Below the pieces are notes generated by a model. It did not search any database. It was not told the origin of the DNA and was given only the letters and a program-made list of their open reading frames with translations. A DNA stretch of 37,152 bases from Candidatus Effluviviaceae Genus IV sp. (GTDB lineage Bacteria; Joyebacterota; Joyebacteria; Joyebacterales; Joyebacteraceae). The stretch lies in NCBI GenBank assembly GCA_014728245.1, contig WJLY01000009.1, positions 1 through 37,152 of the forward strand, read 5' to 3'. Made by a program: the position numbers and the translations under genes. Of the stretch, positions 33,094-37,152 are shown in pieces. Within the stretch, counting starts at the first letter, position 1. The number at the start of each line of letters is the position of its first letter.

Positions 33094-34140
33094 TCAGTCC
33101 ATCAAGAGCGACATGATCGCCTTCTGCGCGTGCAGCCGGTTCTCGGCCTGGTCGAACACTATCGAACGGGGGCCGTCGATCACGTCGTCGGTCACCTCGT
33201 AGCCGCGGTCGCACGGCAGGCAGTGCATGTACTTCACGTTGTCCGCGCCCAGCTTCATCTTCTCCTCGTCGCACATCCAGTGCTTGTTGGCGGCGAAGAG
33301 CTCCTCCGTCTTCTCCAGCATCGGCTCGTCCGCGATCGGCGGAATGAAGTGCTTGGAGGTCCACGCCTTCGGATAGACCACGTGGGCCCCGTCGAACGCT
33401 TCATCCATGTCGTTCGTTATCTCGAACGACCCGCCCGACTCCTTCGCCCGCTTCTCCGTCGCCTTGAGGATCCTGTCCTCGAGCTCGAGCCCCTCGGGGT
33501 GAGCCAGGACGACGTCGCAGCCGACCGTAGCCGCCGCGATGATAGCGCTGTGCGGCACCGAGAGCGGCTTGTGGACCGAAGGGCTGTATGCCCAGCTCAT
33601 CACGAACTTGACGCCGTTGAATCGCCCGAAGTGCTCCCTCACCGTCATGATGTCGGCCATGCCCTGGCAGGGATGGTAGAGGTCGTCCTCCATGTTGATC
33701 ACCGGAACGTGCTCGGCCCAGTCAGCGAACTCCCGGACTATCCTGTTGGCCTTGCCGTTCTGCCAGCCCACGGGATCGCCGTACATCCTGATGGCTATCC
33801 CGTGCCCCATCCTGTCCAGCACCCGCGCCACATCCGAGATGCGTTCGGTCGAGTACGCCACCTCCTCGCCCTCCAGCGCGGGCATGTAGATCTTGTCGGG
33901 ATCCAGGAAGTGCGCGTGGCCGCCGAGCTGCGTCATCCCCGCCTCGAAGCTGTTCCGCGTGCGCAACGACTGGTTGTAGAAGAGCATGAAGAGCGTTCTG
34001 TCCTCCAGGTACTTGTGCGGCTGGCCGCGCTTGAACTTGCGCTTGAGCTCGTCAGCCAGATCGAGCATCGCCTCGACCTCGTTCTTCTTGAAGTCGAGTA
34101 TCGAGATGAAATCTCTGCCCCTGAACTTAGAATTGAACAT
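33094..34140 (-). CDS. carbamoyltransferase, YgeW/AOTCase-like knotted type (substrate unknown)
   Basis: Motifs: FYNQSLRTR, YHPCQ, MHCLPCDRGYEVTDDV. The stretch MSWAYSPSVHKPLSVP...VLAHPEG...ESGGSFEIT resembles my recollection of E. coli YgeW. ATG 34138-34140 follows GGGAGGA. Confidence 0.85.
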   Translation of the reverse strand: MFNSKFRGRDFISILDFKKNEVEAMLDLADELKRKFKRGQPHKYLEDRTLFMLFYNQSLRTRNSFEAGMTQLGGHAHFLDPDKIYMPALEGEEVAYSTERISDVARVLDRMGHGIAIRMYGDPVGWQNGKANRIVREFADWAEHVPVINMEDDLYHPCQGMADIMTVREHFGRFNGVKFVMSWAYSPSVHKPLSVPHSAIIAAATVGCDVVLAHPEGLELEDRILKATEKRAKESGGSFEITNDMDEAFDGAHVVYPKAWTSKHFIPPIADEPMLEKTEELFAANKHWMCDEEKMKLGADNVKYMHCLPCDRGYEVTDDVIDGPRSIVFDQAENRLHAQKAIMSLLMD

Positions 34141-34172
34141 GCATCCTCCCTTGGCGTACCACGCTCATCGCC

Positions 34173-34248
34173 GCGCCCGGCACTCGCCGTCTTCCACTCG
34201 GTCTCGACGGGCGCCCGGCACTCGCCGTCTTCCACGCGATCCAGACGG
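34173..34248. repeat. 38-bp tandem direct repeat (2 units) just upstream of the first carbamoyltransferase gene
   Basis: gcgcccggcactcgccgtcttccac occurs identically at 34173-34197 and 34211-34235. The following 13 nt (tcggtctcgacgg / gcgatccagacgg) match 9/13. Confidence 0.9.
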
Positions 34249-34318
34249 GATCTCGCCATCGTCCGCACCGCGCCCATCCGACTCCCTGCGCGTCGCCAGG
34301 CAGGCGCCGCGCCGGCGT

Positions 34319-35260
34319 TCAGCTTCTCCTGCACACCTCCCGGAGCGCCCTCTCAGTGAGGACCCTCGTGAGTCTTCTTCTGTATGAGGCCGTCGCTCTC
34401 ACGTCGTCTATGCAACATGTCGACCCGGCCGCCCTCTCCGCCACTTCGCCGAACAGGCCGTCGTCCCCGCGGGGCCCCGGCCACCTGTCCCCGAAGAGCG
34501 CCTCCGCCGCTTCCGCCCTGACGGGAGTCGGGGCGACCGAGCCGAGCGCCAGCCGGACACGGCCCTCTCCCGGCAGGTAGACGGCGGCCACCGACACGAT
34601 CGCGATGGCCAGCGCGTTCCTCTGGCCAGCCTTGAGGTAGACGCTCCTCGCGCCCTCGCCAGGGAGATCAAAGCTTACGCTCTCCAGGAGGTCGCAGCTC
34701 CCGAGCGCGCACGTGCCCGGGCCGGTGATGAACTCCCGCGCCGGGACGTCGCTCGCCGTGCCGTCGCCGAGCCGCACGTGAACCGTCGCGTCGAGGGCGA
34801 CGAGGGCGGCGACGGCGTCGGCCGCCGGAGAGGCGTTGACCAGATTGCCGCCGACGGTGCCGCGCGCTCGAATCTGCGGCGAACCTACGCGCCCGCAGGC
34901 CATACGCAGGACCCGCGCTCCGTCGCGCAACTCGTCGCCGTCCGAGAGCCTGCCGTGGGTCACAGTCGCTCCGACGAGCACCCGGTGTCCCTTTCTTTCG
35001 AAGACCCGCAGCGCCTCGACGCGTCCCAGGTCGACCAGCGTCGAGGGACGTTCAATGCCGGAGGCTATGCGGACAGCGAGGTCGGTACCCCCCGCTATCG
35101 GGCGGGCGTGTACCGCTCTCCCGGAGATGTCGCTCGTCGGGCGCTCACGTCCTGCGCCCTCTGCCGTGGCCGCGGCCGGGCCGCCCGCTCCCGCGGTCTC
35201 CGAGAGCGCCTCGATGCTCTCCTCTATCGAGCGCGGCCTCTTCCAGACCGGGTCATACAT
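34319..35260 (-). CDS. FAD-binding subunit of a xanthine dehydrogenase / CO dehydrogenase-family molybdenum hydroxylase
   Basis: FAD_binding_5-type motifs: RPIAGGTDLAVR and RGTVGGNLVNASPAAD, plus a C-terminal CO_deh_flav_C-like part. Preferred ATG is 35258-35260 (MYDPVWKRPRSIEE...) after GAGGGTAGAG. The track start at 35311 is in frame but lies in the duplicated copy. Confidence 0.85.
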   Translation of the reverse strand: MYDPVWKRPRSIEESIEALSETAGAGGPAAATAEGAGRERPTSDISGRAVHARPIAGGTDLAVRIASGIERPSTLVDLGRVEALRVFERKGHRVLVGATVTHGRLSDGDELRDGARVLRMACGRVGSPQIRARGTVGGNLVNASPAADAVAALVALDATVHVRLGDGTASDVPAREFITGPGTCALGSCDLLESVSFDLPGEGARSVYLKAGQRNALAIAIVSVAAVYLPGEGRVRLALGSVAPTPVRAEAAEALFGDRWPGPRGDDGLFGEVAERAAGSTCCIDDVRATASYRRRLTRVLTERALREVCRRS

Positions 35261-35335
35261 CGTCTCTACCCTCGCCGGGTATCGTGCGCGGTCTCTTCCA
35301 GACCGGGTCATACATCGTTTCTACCCTCGCCGGGT
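35226..35335. repeat. 55-bp head-to-tail tandem duplication (52/55 identical) covering the RBS, start codon and first 11 codons of the FAD-subunit gene
   Basis: The units are 35226-35280 and 35281-35335. On the minus strand each reads ACCCGGCGAGGGTAGA(A/G)ACGATGTATGACCCGGTCTGGAAGAG(A/G)CCGCGC(A/T)CGAT. Confidence 0.9.
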
Positions 35336-35421
35336 GACGAACACAACGTGCGCTTCCCGCATGGAGTGCGCATCAGGCTCCTCGGCGCCTGCGCACGAAC
35401 GGGGCTTCCAGGGGCGCCGAC

Positions 35422-36273
35422 TCACACATCGGAGTTCCGCACGGTCGTCGGACACCTCGGAAGGGCCCGCCCTCTCAGCAGGCCCTCCAGCACCGCCCCC
35501 GCCACCGCCCGCGCCTTGTCAGAGATCAACATGTGGTCTATCTCCGAGCCCCGCGGGTCCACGTCGCCCAGCTTGTCGCCGCCGCGGAGTCTTGTGCCGT
35601 CGGCGACGAGCCCACGCAGAAGCCCGGACACGCCGGCTCTTGCCTCTGCCTCCCCGACCGTTCCGACCAGCTCCCCGTCTCCGACGAGATCCCCGATCGC
35701 TCGGACCGATCTGAACTGCCCGACGCCCGGCGAGCGGATCACGCGTTCTCTTCCCACGCCCCGCACCTCCGCCGGAACGCCGGTGTCGGGCGCGGCGCTT
35801 CCCTCGTCGATCAAGCGTCCCAGCGAGTGCCCCCGCATTGTCTCCACCACGTAGTCGACGTCCTCGCCGGCGCGGAACCCCGGACCGAGGCCTATAGTGA
35901 CCGGCGCGTCGCCTCTGACGGTGCCGAGGTTGCGCTTGGCCATCCTGGCATCGACGACCGCCCCGGGACGCAGAGCCTCGATCGAAGCGCCCTCCGGGTC
36001 GATCACGAGAGGGACCCAATCCGGACGGCCGGGGCCCGAGACCGCGGCAGCGGCCTCCGCGACGGTCGCCTTCCTGGTCTCCACTCCCTCGACAGAGGCC
36101 GCGCCGTCGAAGGCGGCCTGCGCGAACGAGACCGTCCGCCGGACGACGCGCGGATCCTCCCTTTCCAGGACGACGACCGCGTATCCCGCACGGAACAGCC
36201 GGTGCGCCACCCCGGTGCCGAGATCCCCTCCGCCTCTCACGATTACCAGACCCTCGGTCGCCATCCGCGTCAC
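35422..36273 (-). CDS. yqeB: YqeB-family protein (accessory factor linked to selenium-dependent molybdenum hydroxylases)
   Basis: LVIVRGGGDLGTGVAHRLFRAGYAVVVLEREDPRVVRRTVSFAQAAFDG...VEGV, PVTIGLGPGF and ISDKARAVAGAVLEGL closely parallel what I recall of the C-terminal half of E. coli YqeB. The GTG start overlaps the xdhC stop (GTGA at 36270-36273); an alternative ATG lies at 36264. Confidence 0.7.
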   Translation of the reverse strand: MTRMATEGLVIVRGGGDLGTGVAHRLFRAGYAVVVLEREDPRVVRRTVSFAQAAFDGAASVEGVETRKATVAEAAAAVSGPGRPDWVPLVIDPEGASIEALRPGAVVDARMAKRNLGTVRGDAPVTIGLGPGFRAGEDVDYVVETMRGHSLGRLIDEGSAAPDTGVPAEVRGVGRERVIRSPGVGQFRSVRAIGDLVGDGELVGTVGEAEARAGVSGLLRGLVADGTRLRGGDKLGDVDPRGSEIDHMLISDKARAVAGAVLEGLLRGRALPRCPTTVRNSDV

Positions 36274-37094
36274 CTGTTCGAGCCCTTGTGCCCGAACTTG
36301 TCCCTGAGCATCACGGTATCCGTGATGCCGTGCCTGACCGCTATGATCTCCGCGACCACGCTGACCGCGATCTCGTCCGGCGTCTCCGCACCGATGTCGA
36401 TCCCTATCGGCGCGTGGAGCGATCGCAACGATTCCTCGGTGACGCCCTCCTCCCGTAACGCGTCGAGAGTCAGTGTCACTTTCTTCTCGCTCCCGATCAT
36501 GCCCAGGTATCGCGGCCGATGATCGGAGAGCGCCCTAACCCATTCGCGATCGAACCTGTGCCCGCGGGTCACGACGACCACGAAGGTCGAGTCGTCGAGC
36601 TCGATCTCGTCCTCCAGAAGCTCGACGCCGCCAACGAGTCTGCGCTCCGCGTCGGGGAAGCGCTCGTTCGTCACCATGTCGGCCCGGTCGTCGACCACGA
36701 CGACCCGGAAGCCGGCCCTTGCGGCCGCCGCGGCGACGGCGCGACCGACGTGTCCGCCTCCGACCACGAGTACCCGGGGGCCGGCCGCGACCGGCTCGAG
36801 GAAGACGTCCATCTTCCCCCCGCAAGCGGCTTCCGTATCGTCGTCGAGGTCGAACGACAGAAGCTCCGTCTGGCTCCCCCCGGCCATCGCTCTGGCTCGC
36901 TCGATGACGGAGCTCTCCACCGCTCCACCTCCGACCGAGCCCAGAGTCCTCCCGTCTTCGTAGACGATCATCTTCGCACCCGCGCCGCGAGGCGTCGACC
37001 CGCCTGCCGAGACGACCGTCGCTATCGTGCCCGGAACGCCGTCGCGGTGCATCCTGGCGATCTCGTCGAACAGGTCCCTCAACCTGAGAGCCAT
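36270..37094 (-). CDS. xdhC: XdhC/CoxI-family molybdenum-hydroxylase maturation protein
   Basis: XdhC N-domain: GTIATVVSAGGSTPRGAGAKMIV...GSVGGG. Rossmann part: VLVVGGGHVGRAVAAAAARAGFRVVVVDDR. C-terminal motif: LHAPIGIDIGAETPDEIAVSVVAEI. Confidence 0.85.
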   Translation of the reverse strand: MALRLRDLFDEIARMHRDGVPGTIATVVSAGGSTPRGAGAKMIVYEDGRTLGSVGGGAVESSVIERARAMAGGSQTELLSFDLDDDTEAACGGKMDVFLEPVAAGPRVLVVGGGHVGRAVAAAAARAGFRVVVVDDRADMVTNERFPDAERRLVGGVELLEDEIELDDSTFVVVVTRGHRFDREWVRALSDHRPRYLGMIGSEKKVTLTLDALREEGVTEESLRSLHAPIGIDIGAETPDEIAVSVVAEIIAVRHGITDTVMLRDKFGHKGSNR

Positions 37095-37152
37095 CGGCTT
37101 TCCCTGCCTCCCATCCCGCGCCGTCCGGAGACGGCGACGGACCCCGCTGTCC

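Noticed and set aside
34141-34318. Possible purine/xanthine-type riboswitch or sigma54 promoter ahead of the carbamoyltransferase genes
   Set aside because: I cannot recognise any known riboswitch core by eye, and the 38-nt repeat unit is too short to be an aptamer. No TGGCAC-N5-TTGC match exists here (the closest are TGGTAC-N5-GGGAG and TGGCGA-N5-AGGGA).
35395-35410. Sigma54-like element TGGAAG-N5-TTCGT upstream of the FAD-subunit gene (E. coli ygeV/ygeW precedent)
   Set aside because: The -24 GG is present, but the conserved -12 GC dinucleotide is replaced (TTCG instead of TTGC), and no enhancer-binding protein gene is in the window. It is a near-miss only.

Overview
GC-rich bacterial window. 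I saw no rRNA, tRNA, CRISPR array, transposase or integrase. All 23 credible CDS lie on the minus strand (one is cut by the left edge). They form one co-directional array with short gaps or 4-nt GTGA/ATGA start-stop overlaps. The many long plus-strand ORFs are antisense shadows. In transcription order (37 kb -> 1) the genes are: XdhC and a stand-alone YqeB-type factor (marker of selenium-dependent molybdenum hydroxylases); an XDH/CODH-type FAD subunit; two tandem, mutually divergent knotted-type carbamoyltransferases; carbamate kinase; adenine deaminase; an MFS transporter; a BMP-family (purine-nucleoside type) ABC importer with murJ wedged between its two permease genes; a ComEC-like metallo-beta-lactamase lipoprotein; a CUT1 sugar-type ABC importer without its own ATPase; three paralogous secreted modular proteins (lamin-tail domain + paired OB-like barrels + FlgD-Ig/T9SS-type C-terminal domain); two FadL/PorV-superfamily outer-membrane barrels; a ComEA-like helix-hairpin-helix region fused to a very large outer-membrane beta-barrel; a 5'-nucleotidase; a small LTD protein; and a CaCA exchanger. 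Main hypothesis (inference, untested): the window is one integrated route from extracellular nucleic-acid capture and hydrolysis at the cell surface, through nucleoside import, to anaerobic ATP-yielding purine breakdown. The HhH-barrel fusion and the LTD/OB/CTD proteins are its least understood parts. Separately, four short tandem-repeat tracts (units of about 21/43, 35, 38 and 55 bp) sit at gene boundaries or in spacers. One duplicates a ribosome-binding site plus 11 codons and creates an upstream ORF. Start codons were re-picked by eye from Shine-Dalgarno and signal-peptide evidence and are less certain than stops. No database search or computation was possible, so all family calls rest on motifs read from the translations.
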